Positions 1 to 12,500 of a stretch of DNA of 64,000 nucleotides are shown in pieces (positions within the stretch are counted from its first letter, which is position 1; every line of letters starts with the position of its first letter). The notes beneath the pieces were generated by a model. The model had not been told where the DNA came from, ran no database searches, and saw only the letters and a program-made list of their open reading frames with translations. Origin of the DNA: Ostrea edulis (Eukaryota); contig NC_079170.1 in the NCBI RefSeq assembly GCF_947568905.1, positions 74,152,001 to 74,216,000 of the forward strand, given 5' to 3'. The translations under genes and the position numbers were made by a program.

Positions 1-170
1 TGGGAACGAATTGTGCTCCTTTGTTGGTTGACCTGTTTTTAAATTCCTATGAAGCAGAATCTATTCAAAAGCTTCTAAGTAAGAAGAAAATAATATCTTG
101 GTGTGTCTTTCAATGCGACATTTAGACATATCGAGGACGTTTTATTTATCAACAATGCTAATTTTCCTAA
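1..170 (+). mobile_element. Penelope-like retroelement RT fragment (frameshifted)
   Basis: Translates GTNCAPLLVDLFLNSYEAESIQKLL, then after a frameshift SFNATFRHIEDVLFINN. This matches the PLE RT region around YIDD, here degenerate as HIED. Continues beyond the left window edge. Confidence 0.7.
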
Positions 171-220
171 GTCAGTCATATATTTATTGAGAACAGCCTC
201 TCAGTTGACCTAATGATTGC

Positions 221-400
221 TTAAGAAGTCCTGCAGCATTGCGTAATTCCACGAAAAAATGTATGACTTGTGGAAGAAAAGAAGAAGTAGATGAATGGAT
301 TAACGGCGTTGTTCAAAAGGAAACACAATGACGCAACTGGTCCACCGTAATTAATAAGGGAAAATCTGCCATTCTGCGAGTTTGAAATTTGTAAGAGTGC
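221..400 (-). pseudogene. Possible rhodopsin-class GPCR TM7/helix-8 fragment
   Basis: Minus-strand ORF contains VASLCFLLNNAVNPFIYFFFS...FR, an NPxxY-type TM7. No upstream TM1-6 is found, and the fragment abuts the Crypton end. Confidence 0.35.
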
Positions 401-2700
401 ATTTAAGAAATAAGGTATCATTTTAAAATATTTATCGGGATATAAATACGGGTTGGTCACGTGATCAAATTCCATAAAGCCCGAAGGGTGCGCGCAACGT
501 TACACTAGCAGTTGTGATACGGTTTCACTTTTGAAAGTTGAAGACGCAGTTGTTGAAGACTGATTTTGACAGATATTCTGCGGACATTACGGAATTAACA
601 GAAGACTGAGGTGTTGGAACATGAAGAACAGGGCGACAGTCGGCAGATGTAGGCAAATCATTGATAGACAGGACAGAGGACGCAGATGAATCTCCTGAAG
701 GAACTGACATCGCAGAGGATGTGCCACATGTGGAAGTGCACGAAGGTAAGGGACGGTCTGGATTGGTAATTGTTGACAGACATGAGCTCACTGTACGCTT
801 CTGCTGACTAGATAAATGTCTGTTATAGGTCTTCAACGACGCCTCGCTTCGATGCCCCGACATAAACATGATCTGGCGTGACTGGAAACCAGCATCACTC
901 ATGGCTGTAATGGCTGTGGCACGCAGGCAGTGCGGTGTGTAAGTTTTAATACACTTTGACGACTTACAAATATCCGTCATAAATCCTGAGAATGACCTTT
1001 TTGCTAAAGGTTTAGCAGTATACCACACTGATTGAAAAGCTGGAAGAGAGAGTGCGTCTTTGTAGCATGAGTTAAAGAGGTGTGTAGCATTGGACTCTGT
1101 TTTGCTCATCAGCAGATGAAGCATTTTTATTGGACATGCTTCACTCCCTGGAATTTCATAAATTCGTTTGTCGGATGGAGCTTCATGACATCCAATTCCA
1201 CCCTGGAAATTTTTTTGTTGTGTTTCATGACGAAGCGTTGCATATTCCAGGCCATTTTCATCCTTCTGGAAGTGAAATGAATCCATACGCAATTGATGGT
1301 GAAATTCTAAGCCACGGGAAATAAAATGAATTGAAAGATTGTACCACACGCATTGTCGCAGTACAACAGGAGAGGATGGTGCACATTTGAAATACGAAGA
1401 AATTCTCTGCAGATCCTCTGTATGGATAATATCTTTGTGGTTTGTGGCCCTGGATGCCCCTGTTTTTGTCATACATTTTAACATCCCATCCAGAGTGTGA
1501 TTTGCAGTTTTAAATTCTTTGTCTCTAACAACATCGATGGACCTACCCAAATCCTGCAGGTGTCTGTTTACTGCGGACCTTAAACTTTTCAGGGAATTCT
1601 TATGATAAGTCGCAGCTTGAACTTCAGTTAATTCTAAAGACCGTTTTTTTTATTCTTTAGGCTTTGCCTCACAATAAAATTTTCTCAGTCTGTTGGCAAG
1701 GAATTCAGCACTGACTGTCAAGAAGTCAAGACGTTCACCAAAGGCTTCCAAGTGCCAATCTAAAAATTGATCGGAAATATGTTTTGTAACTTGCTAGCAA
1801 GATATTTGTTCATATCTGTATTTCATTATTTGCTTTAGCCTTACATCTATTATTTTTGTTTAATTATTTACTTTTTTTAACTTTTTTCCTCCAGTTAGGG
1901 CCTATTTGATTTCTAATACTTTTCAGTTTTACTATTCTGTACATACTTTTTTATTCATGAATTTGTTGATCAAATAAACAGCTAAAATATTGATAATATT
2001 ATTTGATTTGCATGAAATGTACATTTCAACTGTACCTTGAAATAGCTTGATCCCCCATTTTGTACTTCTCTTTGTTGATGCAGATTGCCTTGCATCCTGA
2101 AATTCTCGCATATCATTTTCAGAGACCGTTTTGAATCTTTTGGGTGGTGGGGGTGTTGAAACAGGCACACCTGGGCAGGGCAGACCCTCCATATCTGACA
2201 TTTTCAGATTTTGTTTCATTTCATTAGTTTCCTCAACACTCTGAGGTGCCATAAGGGAAAGATCTAGTGATGCAAATATATCATCGTCTTGCAGAAAGTA
2301 CAATTCCACCTCACCCATATTAAAGTCGCCAAAGTCGTCCATTGTTTACATACGAGTGACCAGGAGTCAGTGTAGCAGACGTAATTTTAGATATACTGAG
2401 TGAGACAGTGTTTTACAGAAATGTTTTTATTATTGATGAAAGTCCACTGCTTGGAATAAAAAAGAAATCATAAATACATTTTGTGATGTCGATTTCATCT
2501 ATTTATAGACTTCTGTAATAAGCGGAAGCGATGGCTTGATGTGTATTGCCTTAGTAAAAGTAGTACCGGTAACCTACTTTTTTTAAATCAAATATTCATA
2601 CGCACAGCCGTGACCTCTGTTGACCCCGTAATGGATTTATCCAGGGATAAATATGTTTGCTCGTAATAGTGTTATGTAGGAGAAAACGGTTGCAAATGTA
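400..2700 (-). mobile_element. Crypton-type (tyrosine recombinase) DNA transposon; boundaries approximate
   Basis: Contains the spliced YR gene. Imperfect subterminal inverted repeats lie at about 428-461 (ATATTTATC...TAAAT-ACGGG...GGTCACG) and about 2608-2655. No TSD was found. Confidence 0.6.
525..2342 (-). pseudogene. Crypton tyrosine recombinase (DUF3504-like), 2 exons, one in-frame stop
   Basis: Exon1 is 2342-2036 (MDDFG...KWGIKLFQ, donor G|GTACAG) and exon2 is 1759-525 (acceptor TTTTTAG|AT TGG). The spliced frame gives about 513 codons with a single TAA at 1652-1650 (codon 139). YR motifs are present: SRGLE (R), HCLR (HxxR), SGHRSEASLKTY (H...Y). Confidence 0.85.
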
Positions 2701-3473
2701 AATATATATAAATAAAGCACAAACAAACAATTATAACACCCGACCTGCGGCACCCACCGCCTAGCAAGACTGTCAAACCAGTGCGTAAGTCCACTCGGCC
2801 ACAACAACTTCCCTGGAAAGGAAGTCTTGTTATGCTCCTAAAGCGCTACTTATACACACTGATGCAATCTCACACAGTCGCTGTGTCATTCAGTGTTTAA
2901 GATATTTTATAAGGAGAGTGGATCTCTCGATGCAATTGTATAGAATATTTAATATAAAGCACAAACAAACAATTATAACACCCAACCTTGTGGTAAGGCA
3001 AAACAAATTTCGACGTCATACGACACTGAACGTTAAAACATAGTGTTTACAGTGATGTCATTATAAAGTAATGCGTGAAAACATATTTTTCATTTACAAA
3101 TATGATAACGTTAAACTGAATTATTGAGTTTAGGTTTGAACATATTAATGAAACGTTTTTCCTTTTCACATCTCTGGATGTCACCTCCACCTTTAAACTT
3201 GTAAAATGGAAATATATTGAATTGTTTTTGTCCACAAACATCTAAATGTTCACTTAGTTGAATTTGCCTGTATTCCGGATTGTGGATTTGCTGTTTGTGG
3301 ACCCGCACGCGAGCTGGAACAATACGTTTCAACTGTCAGTATGTAATGACGTCTAGATTTGTAATGTAAAGTTTCTGAAGATTTGAAATAAAAGCGCTAA
3401 AGCTTCACTAAACGTCTTCGTGTTTTTTCATTTTTATTTTTTACCTATACTTTTACCGATCATTGCGAAAAAT

Positions 3474-3485
<12 letters not shown>

Positions 3486-3550
<65 letters not shown>
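3486..3550. repeat. (CT)n(TA)n compound microsatellite
   Basis: Read directly from the sequence. Confidence 0.95.
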
Positions 3551-4352
3551 GATGACGATCCAACGTATTTTGAGGCAGTGTAAAGCTCCAGTTAGTATTC
3601 TTACAAACCACACCATTCCTGACATTCTTATCAATATTAATATTTTTGTTGTGATCTTCAAACTTTGCAAAAGTTAATAATAAACACATAGCGCAAATAT
3701 GCAATTAACACGATATGAAAGTTCGCACTGTGTAGGAAATAAAACGAAATTATTGGGCAAATATACCAAAATTGGTATCCAATGAAAAGTTTTAAACTGC
3801 ATGTCAATCGTGTATACGTAAGGCGAACACAAACATAGCAAATCAGCAACGGAGGGGCAAGCTATCGCCGTGAATGTCGGTGTTCGAAGTCTCTTCCTTG
3901 TTGATACAAGAATGATTATAATAGCATTACCGGTTACCCCGATAACAAGGGGATTGTTGAGATGGTTGTCATTGATAAATCACACGAAGAATCGGATTTT
4001 AGTTTAAATGAAGCAGTGCTAACATTCAATAAAGATGACTTATTTGGAGGACCTGTGGACGTCAGCTAATTGTGATATAGAGAAATCTGAATCAATAAAA
4101 AAAAAAAAAAAAAATCAAGGGAAAAATAATGGAAAAAAATTAAAATACTTCGTTTATATATCGTAGGTTATGTTGAAATGGACACTATACGTACCGTCCA
4201 TGAGTTTTGAAAATGTCTTTTACAGATGGTGTCCGTATGTCTTCTATATTCCACCTTCTGAGAAAGAATTCAATGAAACATGTATCTGAATATATGAAAA
4301 CATGCTTACGTTGTCACTGAGGATAATCCCGTCTAGTTTGAACAAACGCGTC

Positions 4353-4486
4353 CGAAATGCTGACTTCAATCGAGACTGTTAAAACCCCTGTACCATCATC
4401 TTGTTTGTCAGTAGCTTGCCCCGATTTAAAAACTGACCATCAGCAGAACAAGCTCTTGCGTATTGAATCAGTTGAGAGATATAAAC
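4353..4486 (-). mobile_element. Penelope-like retroelement thumb-region fragment
   Basis: Reverse complement translates VYISQLIQYARACSADGQFLNRGKLLTNKMMVQGF*QSRLKSAF, the same family as 63725-64000. Confidence 0.8.
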
Positions 4487-4889
4487 ATCATATGCAGGTG
4501 ATAATAAAATATTGCTAAATAAATGTGGGAAGTAGTATCTTTCTTTTTAAGGGTTTTTGTGAAGTTTAGGAATACGATCATGCATCACCAGTCTGCATGT
4601 CCTAAACTTTCGCTTTATAAGAGATGTAGCATCACCAGTCTGCATGTCCTAAACTTTCGCAGAATAACAAACTTCGTGTTCCACTGTACATTACTTTTGT
4701 ATGATTGTAATATGTTGTTTAAACACATATCCACGTTAAATTTCTTTAACCCCCCCCCCCCCATCTTTGATGAATTTTTTGCATTCCTAACAAATATATA
4801 TTAACGGCAAACTACAAGTAATTTTTCAATATTCCATTATTACCTGCCACAGGCACTTGTTTCTGTAAATGACTTATGACCTCTGTATA

Positions 4890-6065
4890 CTAATAATAAC
4901 ACTTTAAATTTCTTTTAATTCTATCCTTTTTGTTCCAAATAAAATGAAAAACAATTACTAGGAAGTTTGGTTGTTTGATCTTTTGGATAATGGAATATAG
5001 ATGCTGTATATATAAATTTTGATATAGCAAGAGCATTGATTTCCCAAAATTATCAATTTTCTTTTTTCCACGATTCAAAAAGCTTTTTTACATCATCTAT
5101 CTTTTTGGTCCAGTTATTTTTATAACATAAATCTTTGTCATGTCCAATATGTATACCTAATACCCTTACACGTGTTTCATTCACTGTAATACCATCTATA
5201 TCTGCATATTGACCTTTCAGTGGTCCTAATAAAATGCACTACGTTTTTGAAAGGTTTAATTTCATACTAGAGAACTTGCTAAAAGTTTTGATTTCACTAA
5301 TCGCTGATTTTACAGAAGTAATATCTTTCAAAGGTAATGTACAATCCTCAGCATGTTGTAATGTTCATGCCTTTCATTTTAAAACCATGTATTTCGTCAT
5401 TATGACGTACCGGTAATCTAATATTGACAGTATTTCAGCAACAAACATAAAATTTATCGCCTCGCATCATTGCACATCTTCTTGAGAGCCAATTGTTATT
5501 CTTAAGTCTAAAAACAGGATTTTTGTATAGAATTTGAAAATAATCATGAAAGAAAGAAAACCGAATCAAACATGTGTGAATTATGTAAAGAAAATGTTGA
5601 AGACAATGAATACTTCATTTATTTTTGTGATTTCAATGTAAAGCATTTATGGGAAATGACGTCAAAGGTTGTCAAATTTAACATCAAAAGGAAACACATT
5701 CTTATTGGATTTTATTTTGAAAACAACCACGGAATTGTCATTTTGAATAACGTAATTTCTACTATATAGCAACTGTTATTTACAAATACAAGATGTATTG
5801 TAGAATCAAAGAAATTGAAGAAAGTAACGAAAATATATAATACATACATGTTAATTAAAGCTCCTTTAAAGATGTTCTCTCATGTATACAAAAGACTACG
5901 TGTAGATTTCAATGACATGTTTGAAATTAGTGATACGATTAGGCTCCCTATATATATTTCAATGTTTCCTGGTTATCAAGACATGTGTCCGAATATGTCT
6001 TGAACATGGTAAGAGTACTTTGAAATATAAATAAACTATTAAAATAAAAAAAATAAATAAAAAAC
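4890..6065. mobile_element. Degenerate L1/Tx1-type LINE in two opposite-orientation pieces
   Basis: The minus piece (about 4890-5520) gives FMFVAEIL, MKLNLSKT*CILLGP, VRVLGIHIG..NW and FIWNKKDRIKR. The plus piece (about 5570-6065) gives the CELCKENVED...FC...HLW zinc-binding C-terminus followed by an A-rich tail at 6030-6065. Confidence 0.55.
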
Positions 6066-6539
6066 AAACATGTGCGATCTGGTCTTGTCTTAAATAAGAG
6101 CAAGTTTTGGTCTCGAATCCAACAAGATATAACCAGCTAAGTTTAGAAATTTTCAGTACATATTTTTTATAAACCAGTACTCTTTTAAACTTTACAACTG
6201 CGGGCCTAACATATCAGGAGGCCGAAAATATAGCCAAAGACATGGAGGGATACCATAGCGGCACTGATGTGATAATAATCATTAACAGTATCCAGTGAGT
6301 GAGTGAGTGACTCTTTTAAACATAAATCTTATATTAGGGTATCTAATCCGGAACAATGTTATCCAGTCTTGCTGTTTTAATTTTTAGAATTGTTAAACCT
6401 AGATCAACAATACGTTTGAATGAAATAAGCAAAACGTATTCGGCGTACAAAACCCAATTAGATCACGAGGTGCCCCCTCCTTTCGATTTTGTCATTTGAA
6501 TTTGATTGTTGATCATTTGTTGGACGAGAAGTTGCAAAC

Positions 6540-9500
6540 ATGGTAGCTCATTTTGCGGCTGTTGCGTTCACAGGCTTCATGATTTATACTGCATGGCCTG
6601 GTAGCAGTGAGTATTTAGGACAGACAATTGATTTTCTAGATCTACATGTATATATAAAAATGTATCCTAAGCTCCTAGAAAATGGAACTGGGTGCTGTTA
6701 TTGATGTAAATTTAAAAAGTTAGAAAGTAATATGTTTTACGGCGTGACCGTGTTTGAGGGCGAAGCAAAAAAGTTTTGACATTAGTATCTATATTCAAAA
6801 CAGGACAAACAACCCAAGTTAGCACGCGGACGGAGCTGTATCAAAGCATCCTAATTTTTGGACATTTGAACCACCTATATATTGAACGCGGGAAATATAA
6901 CGCAATTGATGTAAACAGTACATTGTGACGTCATATTCAGCGTCGTTATTTAGCAAATTTACAAACAAAGGGTTTGAACCACAACAAAAAACATGGCGTT
7001 AATCGTGGAGTGATTATATATGATTAAGAAAATAAGATTTACACGCTTTTACGGATTTTATGTGTAACATCTCAGAACGACGTGAACTAGGGTAGACGAG
7101 ATTCAAAATGGAGGAATACATGTCCACGCGCTAATATTCGAATCGACGACATTGGTACCAAACTTTTCAAGTTCCATAGGTATGGTTTAATTTTTCATTA
7201 TTTTCCTATATTTTCCTTTTAAACTTGTATATACGTGTTACCTATAGGGAGAGCTCCGCTCTCACGGCCCTTCGGGCCGTGAGAGGGCTTCGCCCTCTAA
7301 TAATTTTTTGTCCAATATTTTTGTGGTATTCATCGTCAGTATAAGTGAATCAAGAAATTTGGTACACACCATATTGCGCCGTTCCTGCGTTTGGCCACGA
7401 AATGCAAGTAAAGGAAAAAGTAGGTAAAAATAGCTACCTGGAGTAGGTTTAAATACCTATGTAGCTATAATTAGCTACATAGGTAGAAAAAGTCTTTGGA
7501 CTGGACCTGTTGAGTAGGGAGGAATATTTATTGTGACACGGGGCCTCTATCTTTGCCATCTCATCCGAAGGACCGCCCCATTTAGTCGCCTCTTACGACA
7601 AGCAAGGGGGTACTGAGGACCTATTCTAATCCGGAGTGGCTGTTTAATAGTAATAATGCTTTATTTAGAGAAGGTAGCCCAATTAGTACATGATACTAAT
7701 AACTATTCCTCTCCGGGGCCTTCTGAAATACAAATAATATGCTCATAATGGTACGTACAATCAAAGATAAGAATAAAATGATAGATTCCGTGATCATATA
7801 CAATGTACAACAAAGTGGTATTCAGAACAATTATGGGGGTCAGTATTCATGGTGTGGAAGAGGTACATGTTGTACAAGAGGGAAAAGGGGTGGGTATGAA
7901 AAGATATACATTTATATTCACATACATACACATAAGATATACACATGGAAAGATATATATTCACATACATATGTAAGAACATGTTTATAATTAATGGCGG
8001 CTAATTATGAATTTTTCAACATTTCTAAAAACAGGTAGGGACGATGATAATTTTCTGTTTAATGGTACAGACTGTGGACAAAAGTATCGGAACGGTTTAC
8101 GTGACGTTACACAAGAATGAAACCGTTCGTGTTATTTACGGCAGGCATTTTCAGTGTAGATACGATTTGACACTACACCTTAGGTATTTTCATAATGATG
8201 ATGACTTCCTGTTTACACTAACTACGTTATTTTTGTCGTCTGCAATCATAAAGTAAGTAAAGACCTCTCCAAACAACATGGCCTCGAAACATAAATATGC
8301 ATCGGATGGTGTCAAACAGTCAGTTGCTACATTAGTTCAGAATGGAAATTCTTTTCAGAAAGTTGCAGATATGTTAGATATGGCTAAAACATCTGTGCAT
8401 CGAATTTACAGAAATTTCTGTGAACGAGGAACTGTAAAAACAGCCCCTAAAACAGGTCGCAAGAAAAGTCTCAGCGATCGTGACGGAAGGAAAATTTTAC
8501 GACAAGTGAAGGCTAACAGGAAAACTCCATTGGCCGATGTGACGAATAATTTTAACAATAATGAAAACAGAAATGTATCCAAAAAGACAGTGTGGCGTTT
8601 TCTTAAGAATCAGAGGTATAGTCGATGTGTCTGCAAGAAAAAAATCAGGATTTCCCCTGTAAACAGACAGAGAAGAGTGGCATGGTGTCGAGCCAAATCA
8701 ACATGGACAAACGATGACTGGAAAAAAATTATTTTTTCAGACGAGAGTCAAATTGTTATTGGTAGTGATAACAAAGTGTATATCTGGAGAAAAAGTGACG
8801 AGGCCTTTAGACCAGAATGTATTTCACCTGTAAAAACCAAGAAACTTGCCGTGATGGTTTGGGGTTGCATAACCTATCATGGCGTCGGCACATTAACACG
8901 TGTGGAGGGGAACATCAATTCAGATAAATATATTCAAATCATAGACAACAATCTATGGCCAGTAATAGCAAGACACTTTCCTGACAATAATTATATATTT
9001 CAAGATGATAATGCACCAGTTCATCGTTCTAGGGCTACTAAAACATTCATGGAATATAACCATATCAACACGATGGAGTGGCCGGCACAGAGCCCAGATA
9101 TAAACATTATAGAAAATTTATGGTTAAAGATTAAAAAAAAGATAGAGCAATCAATGGATGAGATTACCTCTGTGGAACAATTATATGATAAAATTTATTC
9201 AATTTGGACCCGTTTCGATTGTGAAACTATTAAACATTTGTACCAATCCCTCCCCAAGAGAATCACTGCAGTACGGAGAGCCAAAGGCTATATCACGAAA
9301 TATTAAAGTAAGTTTTGATGAATAAGGTATTTTTTGGACAGGGAGGTACAAAATTGTCTTCTCTTTAAAATAGTGGCAATTTATTTTTAGTATTCTTTAT
9401 GAAATATGGTTATTTTTAGCATCGAATCAAACGCGAGTATTTTTGCAAACTGGACAACGTCATAAATCGTTCCGATACTTTTGTCCACAGTCTGTAGCTC

Positions 9501-12500
9501 ATTCCATACAGGTATGCCCGAGAATTGAAGAGCGTTCGCGAATAAGATTGTTTCATCATGATTTGGTAAATGAAGATTATAATTCAATTTGGAATGCAGG
9601 GAATAGGAATCATGAGTTTGCAAAAACAAAAAGATCCCGTAAATATTCGAGGCTCATACCATAAAAAGTTTTGAACAATAAAATACACCTATGTAATGTA
9701 ATTAATTCAAAATCCTAATTTTTCAAACAAGGGTTCTGATGGCTCATCAGGTGCTGTGTTAAGAATAATTCTAGCAGCCCGTTTTTGGAGTTTTAAGGAT
9801 TCTTTCAATGCCAAAATCGTGAGACAATAATTAATTGGGGGCAAAATGTATGCATTATAGAAGATCTTTATCATACTTAATGGAAGAAATTTCCCAATTT
9901 TATGCAGCGTAGATAACTTGTATGTTAAGGATTTACAAACACAATCTATATGACAACCATACTGAAGAGATTGATCTATTTGAACACCTAAGTGTTTTTC
10001 AACTTCAACATATATATTCTAATATTTCGCCACAAATTTTTGTATTAATTAAATATTTGTATTAATTAAGCACTAGGTTTTCTAACCTAGACCTCTTTTG
10101 TTGTGTACACATAAGCATACACTTTGATTTGTCTGTGTTCAGAACCAGTTTTCAATTTCACATAAATCGGAATTTGGAGTTCTTTCAATATTACATGTAT
10201 ACATTATTGTCAGTTGCATCATCTGCAAACGTATCAATATTTGAACAATTTACACATAAAGGGAGGTCATTTATATACAATAAAAATAGGAGTGGCCCTA
10301 AAATAGATCCTTGTGGTTTCTGGTGAATATCAACCCTGCAACATCAAAGAGTCTGAGATCCAGCCATCAGGACTCGAAATTAACATATGCCCGTCAATCT
10401 GTGACTGGTTAAAAGTCTGTCGGACTGACTGACATTTGTTTTTGTCAGTCCGATGGGACTGGTTAATTTTCTAAAGCATCATTTTGGAAAATATACTTTT
10501 GAAATTTTATACACACATTTGGCATGCTTCGATCTGAAGATATCAGACGAATCTGATTCGTAAATATAAATCCCACATTTAAGTGTTACAATATTGTCTG
10601 AGGCATATTGAGTTAAATTTCATTTTGATAACATTAACGAAATATGTTTAATTATTTCTGGAAAACTCTGTTGGACTGGTAAATTCTTCTGCGGACTGGT
10701 TGAAATTATACCCCATCATTCCAGCTGGACTGGTGACATAAAAAGTTAGCTTCAAGCCCTGGCCATTGTGCTAAACATGATAAAAGGTTACATTCACTAG
10801 CCCTTATGATTTATACCAGTTAGAATAGCAATCATGCCAGTTTTACAGCAGTGAATGGCAATAAATCATCTATATCTAGTACAAATAGTAAAACGTGTAA
10901 AATTATGCATGTTAAAGAGATTTGCATATAAAGCATAGATAGCAACAGAAGGCACCAGGACTATGGGGCGATGCTTCAGGAACATTACATGTATATTACA
11001 TTATGTTAGAACATTGTATAGGGCTGAAACGATTCACCGAAATATCGATACTGTTCAATATAAACGCTCAATTCAATATTCAATTCATTGCCTCGATTTT
11101 CGGTTTGATACATTTATTACAAACGGGGTCAGTAAAATACATCAGTCTCGGCCAGTACATATTATTTCTACCTGCATGAGGGACAAAATAGCGTCAAATA
11201 ATGTTCAAACTGTTGTTTGCCTTGAGGTTGACAAAAATAATAATAAACTATATCAGTTTAAACTACATTAAACAGGCATCTAACCATTTGGCAGTTTTGC
11301 TTTTAAAATTATGATTTTGAATCTTGATAATTTTTTCTTCAATGTTATTATTGGTTTCTTCTGTAAATTGCATTGTATTGAAAGTATTGAATCGTGGCAT
11401 AAGTATTGCAATATGTATCGTATCATGAAGGGGGCGTATCGTTTCAGCCCTAACATATTTGGAAGCATACTGTGTACTTTATGCTCTATTAATCACAATA
11501 GAGGTAAGTAAATTTTGACAATTGCAGTAACAACTTTTTATATATATAAGTATATGATAAGTTGATAAACATTCAGCCCACATAGTCGTGTGCTTTATAT
11601 GGAAAATAAAGAAACTTATGACACCTTTGCACTTCTATGAGAATACAGTAAGTGATTTTGTACTAAATCTTGGGATTTGGTAAATGGTGTCTAGGACAAT
11701 TTTAGAAACATTGTTTACTGTACATTGGAATAAAAGGCAAAATCTTTTCCAGGTCTATTTTCATGGCATCCCACCCTGATGACTATAGCAGTAAGTATTT
11801 CACATAGAAATCTTGACTACATCAGAAAACTTATAATTCTCTTAAGAAGTGAGATAGGTTATATTTAAAACAGTGAAATTTTCTCTTCATCATAATTCCC
11901 GGAATTGTACAAATCACACACATATAACCTATCATTGGATCAAATGTTGTTTGACTTGTTTCATGCCGATTGTTAGGCTGTTCTTTACACACTGATTTTG
12001 ACTACGGATTACTCCGTTTACCTCATTAAGACCTAGGACTCATGGTGGATGTGACTGGTCGATAGAAAACGATTACTCCCCCTAGGCACCTGATACCACC
12101 AGTGGTATATCCAAGGGTCAGTGTTTGACCAACTCTCTATTTTAAATTGTATTTCTTGTGGGATTTTTTAGATTGATCACTGTTCGTTATCTTCACCTTT
12201 CATGCAGTTTCATACACACATTTGATAAGGGTCCTGGGTTTTGTATGTATCAATGACACAACACAAACACATGAGTTACCCCGACTTCAAACCACATGCA
12301 TTACAGATTTTCACAGGTGCACTGAGAGGAACACAAATGTTTGCTTTAAAACCTTGCTTAGATCCAGGAAAAATATTCGGAAAAGTGTTGAAAATTGTTC
12401 ATTTGACGATAAAAATTTCACCCTAAAATATAGATTATATAGTATCTTAAAGTAACAAGTAAAATAGCACTTGTCTATATACCTGCTACATTTCTTCAGC

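Larger units (their letters stand above)
7646..10320 (-). mobile_element. Degenerate CR1/L2-type LINE (RT to 3' end), interrupted by Tc1
   Basis: Reverse complement gives PQGSILGPLLFLLYINDLP...TFADDAT at about 10210-10320. WNEL|PLNRKLSSSLPVFR reads continuously across the Tc1 insertion site. The 3' tail is near 7646-7700. Confidence 0.75.

Noticed and set aside
3850-4070. Coding-like tail (…GIVEMVVIDKSHEESDFSLNEAVLTFNKDDLFGGPVDVS*)
   Set aside because: There is an in-frame TGA upstream, no acceptor, and no recognisable family.
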